A DNA stretch of 62,835 nt, counting the filler, from Deltaproteobacteria bacterium (lineage in GTDB: Bacteria > JAEEML01), in NCBI GenBank assembly GCA_016283195.1. It is 7 parts of 7 records of this genome, joined end to end, with 100 filler letters (N's around TTAATTAATTAA, not from the genome) between each part and the next. Parts side by side here need not be neighbours in the genome. Positions count along the whole stretch, not along the records: positions 17,015 to 31,619 come from JAEEML010000035.1; 6 more parts are not named here. One strand, written 5' to 3'. Both the position numbers and the translations under genes were made by a program. Positions 17,982 through 28,597 of the stretch are shown here, one piece after another. Below the pieces are notes generated by a model. It did no database searches and was not told where the DNA came from. It saw only the letters and a program-made list of their open reading frames with translations. The stretch's first letter is position 1. Each line of letters opens with the position of its first letter.

Positions 17982-20900
17982 ATGACAAAAACGATTAACG
18001 GTTTGAAATTATTTACAATCATGTTACTTTCCGGATTTACGGGCGTCTCCTGTAGCGGCCAAATCTCCGTTAAAGACGTCTGTAGCCCAGAGTGGCCCAG
18101 CGGCCATTGTGAGCCCGGCTATCATTGCGACGGAGTAAAGGGTATTTGCCTAAAAGATATACCGCGTTGCAACCTTTTGAACCAGGGTGGTGAGTGCGAA
18201 CCGCTAAACGGCGTTCCCCAAGTTTGCCGCGGCGGCTCCTGTGTGCCAGCCGATAAGGTATCCGCCCTTTGCACCGAAGGTGGCACTCGCTGTGACAACG
18301 GACAAAGTTGCCAAAATAAAGTTTGCACCCCTATAACCAGCGAAAACAGCTGCTCACCTGAGCGGCCCAATGGCCTCTGCCAGGATAACGAGCTGTGCAT
18401 CGGCGGCTATTGCTATGTAGCCGAAGATATGGTGCCTTGCGATCCCATCAACCACCCAAACGGCTACTGTCCAAACGGCCAGCGCTGCACCACTTCCGGC
18501 TGCGCAGCCATTGCCCCGGATAAGGTCTGTCCCAACCTGAATGAGAGCGACAAATGCGGCGCCTGCGAGTGCCCGTCATGGCAATCTTGTATGGAAGGCG
18601 AGTGTTATTTCACCCCGCCTGATTGTACCGAATATGGTTGCCCGATAGGTATGACTTGCCAAAATGGCGAATGTAAAGAAATTACCCCGCTTTGCTCACT
18701 TAATAATCCCAGTGGCTTTTGCGCCGATGGTTGCAATTGCGTAAATGGCGAATGTGTTTGCGAAAATATCACCTGTTCACCGCAAAAAAAGGATGGCTAT
18801 TGCGGCGGCAGTAAAATATGCCAAAATGGCACTTGTATCTATCCGGAATGTTCTCCGAATTATCCCAACGGCTTGTGCCAAGCCGGCGAAAGTTGCCAAA
18901 ACGGCGCCTGTAAAGAGGCACCCTGTTCACCTTATATTCCTTCCGGCTATTGTGCCGATAACAAAGAAGAATGTCGCCTTGGCTACTGCCTCCCGGCCCT
19001 GTGCAGTACACTCCACCCCGATGGCTATTGTCCGGACAGCGAAACTTATTGCTATGAAGGTACTTGTATAAATTACACCTGTTCCAAAGAGCACCCGGAA
19101 GGGCTATGCAGTGTAGGTACCATTTGCGATTCCGATTCCAAGAGCAAAACCTTCGGCACCTGCATTGAAGGGCCCTGTTCATCGGTCAATACCGACGGCA
19201 CCTGCCCCAAAGGACAAATTTGCCAGGAAGTTACTTCCGGTATGTACGACTGCGTCCAAGGCAATTGCGGCAACGACTTCCCCGAAGGCGCCTGTAAAGC
19301 CAGGGGTTATCAGTGTCTATGCCGCGACGGCTCTACCTGTACCACCGATCCGGTAAGCTGCGACCCGCCGGCCCCAGATGGTGAAAGTTGCTTTACTTGT
19401 CAGGTGCCCTTCTGCGGTCCCGGTACTCCGGGCGGACGCTGCCCGGAAGGCCTCTCATGTCAGCCTGATTTAGAGCAGGAATACTCCTGTCAAACTCCGG
19501 CCTGCGATGCTAATCATCCAACCGGCCATTGCAAAAATAATCGTGAATGTGTCAATGGTACCTGTGTAGCTACCGGCTGTAAAGAGAATCCCTCTCTTTG
19601 CGATCCTTTGAGTGAATACTGCGACCAAGCCAAAAACCAGTGTGCTACTGCCGATTGCGGCGACTCGGCACCGCTTGGTGACTGTGGTATTGGGCAAGCT
19701 TGCGGCTGCGCTCCCGGCCGTGAAGGAGATTGTGATATTTCCAAAACAGCAGCACCTTATTGCAAAAACGGTACCAACTGCTGGCAATGTCAGGTGCCTG
19801 CCTGCTCCCAGGATTATCCTGGCGGCAGCTGTCTCGACAATGCCTGTACCAACAATAATAATAATCAGGCCGCTTGTGATGCAGCACCCAATTGTCACTG
19901 GGTGGCCGGTTGTACCGGCCATGCCGGCTGCTTAAGGAAGACTAATAGTGCCGAGTGTGGAAATACTGCCGGCTGCAAATGGCAAAATTGTACCGATATC
20001 CGCATCTGCGCCGGCGGCGAATGTGTGCGCCCGGCCTGTAGTGCCGCTTACCCTGATGGTGCCTGCCCGGCCAACAGCGAATGTCGCGGCAACCCGCGTT
20101 CTTGTCAGCTGATGGACTGCGATGCCACTCATCCCCAGGGGCGTTGCCCGGCCGGCAAAGTGTGCCGTAGCGGCAATTGCGTTATTCCCGGCTGTAGCAG
20201 CGCCTATCCTTACGGCGCTTGTCCCAGCGGCCAAACCTGTCGCGAGGGCGTTTGTATCAACCTCTGCAGCCTTGACCATGACGGCTTCTGCCCGGGTAAC
20301 ATGGCCTGCGTCAACGGTCTCTGCTTAACCGGCTGTACCGGTGATGCCGATTGCGACGGCGTGCCTGATGAAGTAGAGGGCGACAACGATCTTGATAACG
20401 ACGGTTTCCCCAATTATCGCGATAGAGACAGCGATGGCGATTTGCAAAGCGATGACTTTGAATATGACCATATTTATCATGGACATAACGGCCAAAGCAG
20501 CACCACTGTTTGTTCCAAACTCCCCTGCGATACTGATGGCGACAGTACTCCGGATATGTGGAGCCAGGACAGCGATGGCGACTATATTCCGGATTCCATA
20601 GAAGCCGGGCCGGTTCCCCTTATGCCGCTCGATAGCGATGAGGACGGCACCCCGGACCTCTTTGATCTCGATAGCGACGGCGATGGTATTTTGGACGAAA
20701 TAGAAGCCGGAGACATGAATATAAAGACGCCGCCGGCCGATACCGATGGCGACGGCATTCCAAATTATTTGGATCCCGATAGTGACGGCGATGGCATTCC
20801 CGATACCATAGAAGCGCGCGCTACACCGCATGATGCTAATTCTACCGGCGAATTACCGGCCGACCACGATAACGACGGCACCCCGGATTATCTGGATCTC

Positions 20901-23900
20901 GACAGCGATGGTGACGGAGTTATTGATGCCGAAGAAGATTTAAACGGCGACGGCATTGTCAATTGTCAGGAAGATTCCACTGGCCATATGATTTTTGACA
21001 GCCGTCAAGGTGCCTCCTGCACAAATAATGATTACAATCCAGGCTGCCGTTCTTCCAGCAAAAAGCCTTGTATTTTAAGGGAATCTTCTCGTATTCACAC
21101 CGACACCGACGGCGACGGCATCCCGGATGATAAGGACGGCGTCTTTATGGCCTGCGGCTCGGCCAATATCAAACCGATAGCTTCTTATTACAGCGAGGAC
21201 AGCGATTACAGCCTGGCCATAGAGACTGATTTTAACAAATACCGCTCTCTCACTATCTCCGGTAAAGAAGTCGGGGCCACTTTTGATGCCATTTACACCG
21301 AGAGCGGGGCCAATTTGGTGGCCGGCTTTATCATCGCCAAAACCCCGGACAGCAGCGTTATAACCGACTTACCTTATGGCAATTCGCCCTCTGAAGAGCA
21401 AAAAATAGCCAAAGCCATTGCCCAGAGCGAAAAAGATTTGGCCTCTATCCGCGCTATGAGCAATGTCACCGCCGTAAGCGAAGTCTTTAAACGCTTTACT
21501 ACTACCTTTGACGGCTACGGCACCATTATCAACCGCTACCGCATTACCAGAAGCAAGCAACTTGAGCTAAAATTACAAAGAAACCGCATAGTTACAGCAC
21601 TTCTTGGTGTCCAAAATCAAACTATAGAAGGGCTCGATAATACCAGCCAAATCGGTGCTCCGGATACCACCTTTACTTTGCTCACGCAAACTATTTACCG
21701 CTACGACAACGGTTCCAATGCCGGGCGGGTAATCATTTTGGGCGCTCTTGTTGCCGATACCAATTTCCGCTCTTGCGGCTCTATTGCTGAACAAAGCGCC
21801 TGTGAGACTATCCCATCCTGTGTCTGGCAGAGCGGCAAATGCGCGGAATTTGCCGCTTGCGGTACATTAACCACTCAGAGTAATTGCAATAATAACAGTC
21901 ATTGCCGCTGGTCGGAAACCGATAAAGCCTGCCAGCGCAAGCAATTGCCAATGTTCTATGCCGATAACATCACTTCCGGTTCTTCTGTCGGCCAGTTTGG
22001 CGATACCCTCGACCTAATGTGCCAAACCATGAATCAGGAGCAGGGCCTCGTGGACTTTTTGTGGATAGTTGATGAATCTGGCTCCATGCAACAGGAAATC
22101 GACCGCGTTAAAGAAGCCGGAAGAATTTTCTTCCCCTTGCTAAACAACTCCGAAGCCGATTACCATGTTGGCATCGCCACCACCTTCCTGCGGCCCGATG
22201 ACCAAGATTGCGACACTTATCCGCCGGATTTGAAAAATGATATTACAGCTTACAATAACAAACAGGCCTATCTTTGCGGCCATGGTGTGGAAAACAACAA
22301 CGATTCCATCAACGCCAAAGGCGATACCAAGCACCCGCACTGTTTCCAAAATAATCGTCCGCCGGAGGGCGAAGCCGGTGAGCTTATCGGCCAATTTACG
22401 GTGCGTAAACCCTTTAGCGGGGCCTCTGAGTGTTCAGCCACTAATCAAAGCGGCTACTGTTATAACTGCGGTGATAACCCCAGAGTCCCGGCTGTTGGCT
22501 GCGGCAATAACGAAACTTTCAATTGCCCGGACTGCGCCGGCAAAACAGGTTGGATAGAGAGCCCCTATTGCCACTTTGCCGCCAATTTGCCCTGCGACTT
22601 TAGCTATCACGGCCATGAATTTGGTTTGCACATGGCCGCTTGGGCCTACGAAAAAGCGCGCATGAATCCAGACTTTAATGCCGGACTTTCCACTCTGCCA
22701 GCCAATCGCCGCTTGCGTAAATTGCACCCCTCACAGGGAGCGAGCCCGGATGTACCGGTAGTTATGGTCTTTCTCTCCGACGAAGAAGATCGCTTTATGA
22801 AGACTGCGGGCGACGATGCCGCCGATATTTGTCTGAACCAGGCCAAATCACACACAGATAATACCGTCCAGGGCATGGCCGGTATTTATAATGATGTGCG
22901 TTGCGGCAGTATCAACGGTAAGCCGCTCCACTCGGCACTCGCCGATGGCAGCGATGAGCGCTCCTGCCGTCAGCAGCGTCTGGCCGATTATTACAACGGC
23001 TCCGATCTCACCGTCTTTGCCATAGTTGGCCCCAAAGGCACCACCTGCGCTCTGCCCTTTGATGCCGAGCAGGGCGATGGCTATATCTCCATTGCCGAGG
23101 CTACCAAGGGTGGCTATGGCAGTATTTGCGACGAAAATCTCTACCCCACAGTGGAAGAGGTCATTGTGAGTTCTCTCGCCGTCGCCTCACCTTATCGCTT
23201 GCAAGAAGTGGTAAACGGCGCCAATATTCAGCCCATTGCCAGTACCATAAAAGTAGCTGTTGAAAGCTGCAACAGCTACCCGGGTTGTGAAAGCGGCCGG
23301 GCTGTACGTGTCACCCCGCGTAGCCGCGAAGATGGCTTTGATTACGATGCTCAGCGCAATAAACTCATCCTTTACGGCAGCGGGCGCGTTAAACTAAACG
23401 GCGCCTTTACCACCTCTTATCGCTACTGGGTGGATAATTACCAGCCGCCGGACGGTGGCGATACAAACCACTGTAAGAGCGGCAGTGACATCGCCTGCCC
23501 GGAGACTTGGAGCCACTGTGCCCAAATGGACAAGAACCAGACGGCCTGCAATAATGATAGCAGCTGTACCTACTCGGGCGGCATTTGCAAAACCAAGACT
23601 TGTAACTGCGAAGATGGCAAAAATTGTGATGCCGTAAGCGGTACCTGCCTGGCCGATCCCAGTTGCCGCCGCACCTGTCCGCCAAGCTGCTCCGGCCGCA
23701 CCACCGCCTCCACCTGCCACGAGCTTGCTGGTTGCCGCTGGACAAACGGCGAGTGTAAAGCCGAAATTTCTTCCTGGGATGACCCCTGCACCGGCCTTAG
23801 CCAAAGCGCTTGTAATAATAAAGCCGCCTGCCGCTACGATAATGGCCAGTGTGAAATGAAAACCTGGCAAGTTTGCAATGAATCTCTCGGTATTTGTGAG

Positions 23901-24680
23901 TGTGATGTTACCTGCGGCGGCGCTTGTAATGAGAGCGAGCGCTGCGACAGCGACCCCATGAGCGCTACTTGCGGCCAGTGCAAGTGCGATCCTACTTGCG
24001 GCGGCGGCTGCGGCGCCGGAGCTATCTGTAGCACCAGCGGCGCCACTTGCGGCCAGTGTCTCTGTGACCAAACCTGCGGCGGCGGCTGCGATGCCTCGCA
24101 AAATCAAATTTGCGATAATGATTTAAACAGCGCCACTTGTGGTCTCTGTCGCCCCGACCCCACTTGCTGCGCCAAAACCGGCGCTACCCCGGGTGCCGAT
24201 GGCGATTGCTGCGACACCGGCTATAATTGTGATATCACTCTCGGCCAGTGTGTTTGTGATACCACTTGCGGCGGTCTCTGCGGTAGCGGCCAGCGCTGTG
24301 ATAACCGCCTAAATTCACCTACTTGCGGTCAATGTCTCTGCGATCAAACCTGCGGCGGTTCCTGCCCGCAAGGTCAGTGTTGCGACGACAACAAGGGTTG
24401 CGAAGGCCCGGTTACCAGTAGTGAGTGCGCCGGCACCAGCGGTTGCCAATGGGTAAATTACGAAAAAATGACCAAGTGTGAATCAACCACCTGTGGTCAG
24501 TGCCGCGTTGACCCCACCTGTTGTAATTGCATGGAACTCCCAGCCGGAGCTACAAGCTGCTGCCCGGAAGGCGCAGAATGTGACCAAAACACCGGCCTCT
24601 GCTCCATTACCGTGCAAACCTGCCCGGAGGCCTTTGCCTGGGATGCCTTGCGCGGCAAATGCGTCTATATTGGCGGCTAA
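17982..24680 (+). CDS. Giant Cys-rich lipoprotein with thrombospondin type-3 Ca-binding repeats and a vWA domain (CglD-like adhesin)
   Basis: Lipobox GVS-C, many CSxxxPxGxC repeats, DxDGDGxxD repeats, MIDAS motif DFLWIVDESGSM, PRSREDGFDYD...SYRYW, C-terminal CDxTCGGxC repeats. Confidence 0.8.
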   Translation: MTKTINGLKLFTIMLLSGFTGVSCSGQISVKDVCSPEWPSGHCEPGYHCDGVKGICLKDIPRCNLLNQGGECEPLNGVPQVCRGGSCVPADKVSALCTEGGTRCDNGQSCQNKVCTPITSENSCSPERPNGLCQDNELCIGGYCYVAEDMVPCDPINHPNGYCPNGQRCTTSGCAAIAPDKVCPNLNESDKCGACECPSWQSCMEGECYFTPPDCTEYGCPIGMTCQNGECKEITPLCSLNNPSGFCADGCNCVNGECVCENITCSPQKKDGYCGGSKICQNGTCIYPECSPNYPNGLCQAGESCQNGACKEAPCSPYIPSGYCADNKEECRLGYCLPALCSTLHPDGYCPDSETYCYEGTCINYTCSKEHPEGLCSVGTICDSDSKSKTFGTCIEGPCSSVNTDGTCPKGQICQEVTSGMYDCVQGNCGNDFPEGACKARGYQCLCRDGSTCTTDPVSCDPPAPDGESCFTCQVPFCGPGTPGGRCPEGLSCQPDLEQEYSCQTPACDANHPTGHCKNNRECVNGTCVATGCKENPSLCDPLSEYCDQAKNQCATADCGDSAPLGDCGIGQACGCAPGREGDCDISKTAAPYCKNGTNCWQCQVPACSQDYPGGSCLDNACTNNNNNQAACDAAPNCHWVAGCTGHAGCLRKTNSAECGNTAGCKWQNCTDIRICAGGECVRPACSAAYPDGACPANSECRGNPRSCQLMDCDATHPQGRCPAGKVCRSGNCVIPGCSSAYPYGACPSGQTCREGVCINLCSLDHDGFCPGNMACVNGLCLTGCTGDADCDGVPDEVEGDNDLDNDGFPNYRDRDSDGDLQSDDFEYDHIYHGHNGQSSTTVCSKLPCDTDGDSTPDMWSQDSDGDYIPDSIEAGPVPLMPLDSDEDGTPDLFDLDSDGDGILDEIEAGDMNIKTPPADTDGDGIPNYLDPDSDGDGIPDTIEARATPHDANSTGELPADHDNDGTPDYLDLDSDGDGVIDAEEDLNGDGIVNCQEDSTGHMIFDSRQGASCTNNDYNPGCRSSSKKPCILRESSRIHTDTDGDGIPDDKDGVFMACGSANIKPIASYYSEDSDYSLAIETDFNKYRSLTISGKEVGATFDAIYTESGANLVAGFIIAKTPDSSVITDLPYGNSPSEEQKIAKAIAQSEKDLASIRAMSNVTAVSEVFKRFTTTFDGYGTIINRYRITRSKQLELKLQRNRIVTALLGVQNQTIEGLDNTSQIGAPDTTFTLLTQTIYRYDNGSNAGRVIILGALVADTNFRSCGSIAEQSACETIPSCVWQSGKCAEFAACGTLTTQSNCNNNSHCRWSETDKACQRKQLPMFYADNITSGSSVGQFGDTLDLMCQTMNQEQGLVDFLWIVDESGSMQQEIDRVKEAGRIFFPLLNNSEADYHVGIATTFLRPDDQDCDTYPPDLKNDITAYNNKQAYLCGHGVENNNDSINAKGDTKHPHCFQNNRPPEGEAGELIGQFTVRKPFSGASECSATNQSGYCYNCGDNPRVPAVGCGNNETFNCPDCAGKTGWIESPYCHFAANLPCDFSYHGHEFGLHMAAWAYEKARMNPDFNAGLSTLPANRRLRKLHPSQGASPDVPVVMVFLSDEEDRFMKTAGDDAADICLNQAKSHTDNTVQGMAGIYNDVRCGSINGKPLHSALADGSDERSCRQQRLADYYNGSDLTVFAIVGPKGTTCALPFDAEQGDGYISIAEATKGGYGSICDENLYPTVEEVIVSSLAVASPYRLQEVVNGANIQPIASTIKVAVESCNSYPGCESGRAVRVTPRSREDGFDYDAQRNKLILYGSGRVKLNGAFTTSYRYWVDNYQPPDGGDTNHCKSGSDIACPETWSHCAQMDKNQTACNNDSSCTYSGGICKTKTCNCEDGKNCDAVSGTCLADPSCRRTCPPSCSGRTTASTCHELAGCRWTNGECKAEISSWDDPCTGLSQSACNNKAACRYDNGQCEMKTWQVCNESLGICECDVTCGGACNESERCDSDPMSATCGQCKCDPTCGGGCGAGAICSTSGATCGQCLCDQTCGGGCDASQNQICDNDLNSATCGLCRPDPTCCAKTGATPGADGDCCDTGYNCDITLGQCVCDTTCGGLCGSGQRCDNRLNSPTCGQCLCDQTCGGSCPQGQCCDDNKGCEGPVTSSECAGTSGCQWVNYEKMTKCESTTCGQCRVDPTCCNCMELPAGATSCCPEGAECDQNTGLCSITVQTCPEAFAWDALRGKCVYIGG

Positions 24681-24744
24681 CCTGCGGGTATTTCGCAAAG
24701 ATTCAATAGCACATCAAGTAATAAGCCAGCAGAAGCAGTTAAAA

Positions 24745-25725
24745 TCATTCAAAATATTCAAAAGCGTCAATAATATCCAAATATACGCCGTCAAAACCGG
24801 CATCTATAATGCGCTGCAAATAGGAATCACGGCTCTTAAAAATAATTTTTTGCCAATTTTTATCCCAATAATGCACTTTATAATTTCCCGCCCAGGAACT
24901 GTTTTCCTTAGCTAACCACTCCGGCGGCTGGCTTAACCAGTTTTTATCCCAATAATAGCGGTAATTTTCGGCTTCACCAATCGACATATACGCTAATATC
25001 AAGCGCTTGCCGCCGCCGGCTTTCTGCTTCAAAGGCAAGATTTCATCTGGCGTAAAAATTCGCCCGTCGCGATCAAATAAGTCCATAATAATTAAATCAT
25101 AATTGGTGGCGGCGACGGCAGCCAAAAATTCGGCGCGGGTAAATTTTTGCGAATTAATCAAATACATAAAATTTTTCACATCGCTTAGCCTATTAATATT
25201 ATCGGTATTTTCCGCATACGGATGGCCGGGCGCAATGGTATCGAGCTCGCGGCTGAAGGCCACATATTCAATAAATCCCGCCTTTACAGCCTGCTCAAAA
25301 GAAGAGGCGAAATTATGGGCTGTGCTGCAATAATCAGTACTCAAAATAGTTTTTTGCCTGCTTTTAGAGAGCTCCAATAAGGCCAATAATTCCTCAGTAA
25401 CCTCCTTGGGCGTGGCCACATTATCAGCGCCGTCATAGCCATAAAAAAGCTCTTCCTGCCCATGCCCGTCAATAGCCGCCAGATAATCAAGCGCCACCTC
25501 GCCACCGGCCTCTCCATCAGCGGTAATTAATTCGGCGCCGTTTTGCGGAACAACTATAAAATCGGCTTTTGATTCATGAGCTTTCTTGCTGATATTTATA
25601 ACAAAATCACGCATTTCCTGCCTATAATCAATATTCTTTTGCTCCCCACCGCAGTGGCAAAATAAGAGAGCAGACAAAAAAATGGTGGCTAACATATTAA
25701 GCTGTTTTATAGCTTTAAATAACAT
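24745..25725 (-). CDS. Endo-alpha-1,4-polygalactosaminidase-like protein (GH114/TM1410-like), probable lipoprotein
   Basis: VPQNG, QEELFYG, AYMSIGEAENYRYYW, GFDGVYLDIIDAF, N-terminal signal with Cys. Confidence 0.87.
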   Translation of the reverse strand: MLFKAIKQLNMLATIFLSALLFCHCGGEQKNIDYRQEMRDFVINISKKAHESKADFIVVPQNGAELITADGEAGGEVALDYLAAIDGHGQEELFYGYDGADNVATPKEVTEELLALLELSKSRQKTILSTDYCSTAHNFASSFEQAVKAGFIEYVAFSRELDTIAPGHPYAENTDNINRLSDVKNFMYLINSQKFTRAEFLAAVAATNYDLIIMDLFDRDGRIFTPDEILPLKQKAGGGKRLILAYMSIGEAENYRYYWDKNWLSQPPEWLAKENSSWAGNYKVHYWDKNWQKIIFKSRDSYLQRIIDAGFDGVYLDIIDAFEYFE

Positions 25726-25792
25726 TTATTAACTACCCCCTTAGCGCTGCTATCGCCGAATTAAACTGAATACTTTCGCTTAATTTTCCTAT

Positions 25793-28597
25793 CTATACTT
25801 CAATCTGCACATGGCTGATTCTGTTTTCGTCTTTTTTCACCCGCACTATTTTATCAATTTTGTGCTCCAGTTCGCTCACATGGCTGATAATGCCCACCAG
25901 GCGCTCACCGGCCAAATTTTGCAAAGTACTTACGGCCAGCCTTAAGCTCTCGTCATCGAGCGAGCCAAAACCTTCATCAATAAACATTGTATCAAGCTGA
26001 ATACCACCGGCCGAGCTTTGCACTTCATCGGCCAGCCCCAAAGCCAGTGAGAGCGAGGCCAAAAAGCTTTCGCCGCCGCTAAGTGTCTTCACCTCACGCT
26101 CTTTGCCGCTGGCGTGGTCAAGCACATTTAAATCCAGGCCAAACTGATTCCTCTTATTGCTCACCTCCAGACGGCGCACCAATTCATATTGGCCGTTTGA
26201 AAGGCAGTGAAAACGAATATTGGCGCGGCTTATTATGCGGTCAAAATATGCGGCTTGGACATAAGTTTCGAGCATCACCTTCCCCTGGCCGGAAAGGGCG
26301 CCGCTCGCCGCGGAATAAAGATTTTTTATCCAGTCCCGCCGCCGGCATTGCTTTATATGCTCGTCGCCTAAGCGCTTAATTTCTGCTAAAGAATTTTCAT
26401 TTTGGGCCAGGCGAGCGGCAATAGCACTCTGGGCCGCAATCAGCTCACTGTGCTCGGTAGCGGCTTGCTTGCGGCTAAATTGCAACATGGCCATATCATA
26501 TTGCGGAGCCCCTTTAAGTTGGGCCGTAAGCGTCTCTTCTGTAGCCTTAAGTTCGCTCATCTTTTTTTCGGAGGCCAAAAATTCGCCGCGGGCCCTTTCT
26601 AGTTCAAGCCTGGAGCTCTCCAGCGCCTCCATAGCGGTACGTATCTCTTTTTCGGCGGCACTTTTAGTTGGCAAAGAGAGCTTCTGCGCCAGCTCGTTAG
26701 CGGCTACTTTAAGGGCCTCTACCGCAGCCTTAAGAGCGGAGATATCCGCTTCAAGTTTGGAATTATAATTATTTAACTTTTCAAATTCCTTGCGCTTTTC
26801 AGGAATACTTTTATTAAGAAGCTCTTGGCGCTTTTCGCGCACTTCCTCCGCTTTTATAGCCGCTCTTAGCTCGGCAATCCGCTGGTGTCCGGCGGCATAT
26901 TCACTATTGCCGCGCTCGCGTGCCTCTTTAAGAGAACATTCACCAAAAAGCTCCCGCACCAGTAGCCCCACCGCTGCCTCTTTTTCCGCCAGCTGCCCTT
27001 TCCCACTGGCAGCCGCTCCGTTTTTTTGTGCACGCAGAGCTTCGGCCTGAGTTAATTTCTCTTTGAGCGCTTCAAGTTCCGCCTGGCTCGGAGCCTTAAA
27101 CGACTTAGACGCCTTCTGGGGATGATTTTTTGAACCACACACCGGGCAAGGTTCACCATCACTTAAGGCTTCCGCCATAATGCCGGCCTGCTCATTCAAA
27201 AATGCCCGGTTTTTCCGTTCATATTCGTCTCTTTTTTGCTGATATAGCGCATCAGCAGCCTGATACTCTTCCTGGGCTCTGGTAAAAGCCGCGGCCAGGG
27301 CCATCAGCTCTTTGACATTTTTCCCCACTTTAATTAGCTCATTTTGCCTGGCGTCAAGCTTATCAAGTTCACTTATTAATTGCTGCTTTTTAGCACCAAC
27401 ATCCCCTAAAGCGCCATATTCCTCTTCCATACTCAAGATGCTTGTTTTAATATTTTCCGCGCTTTTTAGGTTTTTCTTTAGTTCGGCCGTAAGCTCGGTA
27501 ATTTCATTTTCTTTTTTTAATAATTCACGGCGCTCTTCTTCCAGCTTGTCGTATTCGGGAAGAGAATTTTTGAGCAATAAAATACGCTCTTGCCGAGCGT
27601 TACGCTCCGGCTCCCGCTCTTCGGCAACCCTTTTGGCCTCCGCCAGCAAGGTATGTTTCTGCACGGTTTTTTCCAACTCTAAACTAACTTTTTTAAGATC
27701 TGCGCCCATTTTTTCGCAAGTCTGGGCGCGCCCGAGTTCCCGATCCAGATCGGCCAGCCGCTCAGCGCCGGCAGCAATTTTTTGCCGCATATTCCCAAGT
27801 GTTTCTCGGTCTTCTGCCAAAAGTTCCGCTAGCAAAGCACCGGCCCCCGGCCAGTCGCCGACTTGTTTTAGTGCTGCGAGCTCCTTGAGCTGCTTAAGTT
27901 CCGCAAGCCGTGATGAGTCGGCAGCACACTGCATCTGGGCCATTAACGCCGCCAGAGCGGATTCCCGGTCACTACACTCCTTAACAATTGCTGCTGTCTG
28001 TTCTTTAAGCTCGAGCTGCAAAGCGGCAAATTTATCGGTCAAAAAGATCTTGCGGAAAATTTTTTGGCGCTCATCGGTAGAAGCGAGCAAGAGCTTCATA
28101 AAATCGCCCTGGGCAATCATGGCTATTTTGGTAAATTGGTCGCGATCTATGCCGATAATATCCCTAATAGCACTGCTCACCTCTTTTTCTTTAGTAACCA
28201 CGCGGCCTTTAGAAGAAAGGCGCCCATCCGGCCCTGGGCAGTAGAGAGTAACAGAGGCTGCCTCCGTAGTCGTTCCGCCGCCGCGCAGCTTGAGGCGCTC
28301 ATACTCCGGACTGCGGCAAATACGATATTCCAGGCCGGCATAGAGAAAAGTCAAATCTACTTCGGTTTTGGTTTCCGGTTTGGCATTTAATGAGCGAAAA
28401 AGTTTGGCATCGTCACGGCTATCACCGCTGGCCCGCCCAAAAAGAGCATAGGTAATAGCATCAAAAATTGTCGTCTTGCCGGCACCGGTATCGCCGGTAA
28501 TAAGGTAGAGCCCACTTTCTCCCAATTTATAAAGGTCAATTTCCGAGCGCTCGGCATAGGGGCCGAAAGCGGAGATAACAAGCCTGGTAGGTCTCAT
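25793..28597 (-). CDS. sbcC: SbcC SMC-family ATPase
   Basis: AFGPY, GDTGAGKTT, long coiled coils, zinc hook CPVCGS, LSGGE, FIDEGFGSLD. Confidence 0.95.
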   Translation of the reverse strand: MRPTRLVISAFGPYAERSEIDLYKLGESGLYLITGDTGAGKTTIFDAITYALFGRASGDSRDDAKLFRSLNAKPETKTEVDLTFLYAGLEYRICRSPEYERLKLRGGGTTTEAASVTLYCPGPDGRLSSKGRVVTKEKEVSSAIRDIIGIDRDQFTKIAMIAQGDFMKLLLASTDERQKIFRKIFLTDKFAALQLELKEQTAAIVKECSDRESALAALMAQMQCAADSSRLAELKQLKELAALKQVGDWPGAGALLAELLAEDRETLGNMRQKIAAGAERLADLDRELGRAQTCEKMGADLKKVSLELEKTVQKHTLLAEAKRVAEEREPERNARQERILLLKNSLPEYDKLEEERRELLKKENEITELTAELKKNLKSAENIKTSILSMEEEYGALGDVGAKKQQLISELDKLDARQNELIKVGKNVKELMALAAAFTRAQEEYQAADALYQQKRDEYERKNRAFLNEQAGIMAEALSDGEPCPVCGSKNHPQKASKSFKAPSQAELEALKEKLTQAEALRAQKNGAAASGKGQLAEKEAAVGLLVRELFGECSLKEARERGNSEYAAGHQRIAELRAAIKAEEVREKRQELLNKSIPEKRKEFEKLNNYNSKLEADISALKAAVEALKVAANELAQKLSLPTKSAAEKEIRTAMEALESSRLELERARGEFLASEKKMSELKATEETLTAQLKGAPQYDMAMLQFSRKQAATEHSELIAAQSAIAARLAQNENSLAEIKRLGDEHIKQCRRRDWIKNLYSAASGALSGQGKVMLETYVQAAYFDRIISRANIRFHCLSNGQYELVRRLEVSNKRNQFGLDLNVLDHASGKEREVKTLSGGESFLASLSLALGLADEVQSSAGGIQLDTMFIDEGFGSLDDESLRLAVSTLQNLAGERLVGIISHVSELEHKIDKIVRVKKDENRISHVQIEV

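Noticed and set aside
18050-24680. Repetitive DNA as a possible CRISPR or satellite array
   Set aside because: The repeats are degenerate coding Cys modules. I found no constant repeat-spacer array or cas gene in the window.
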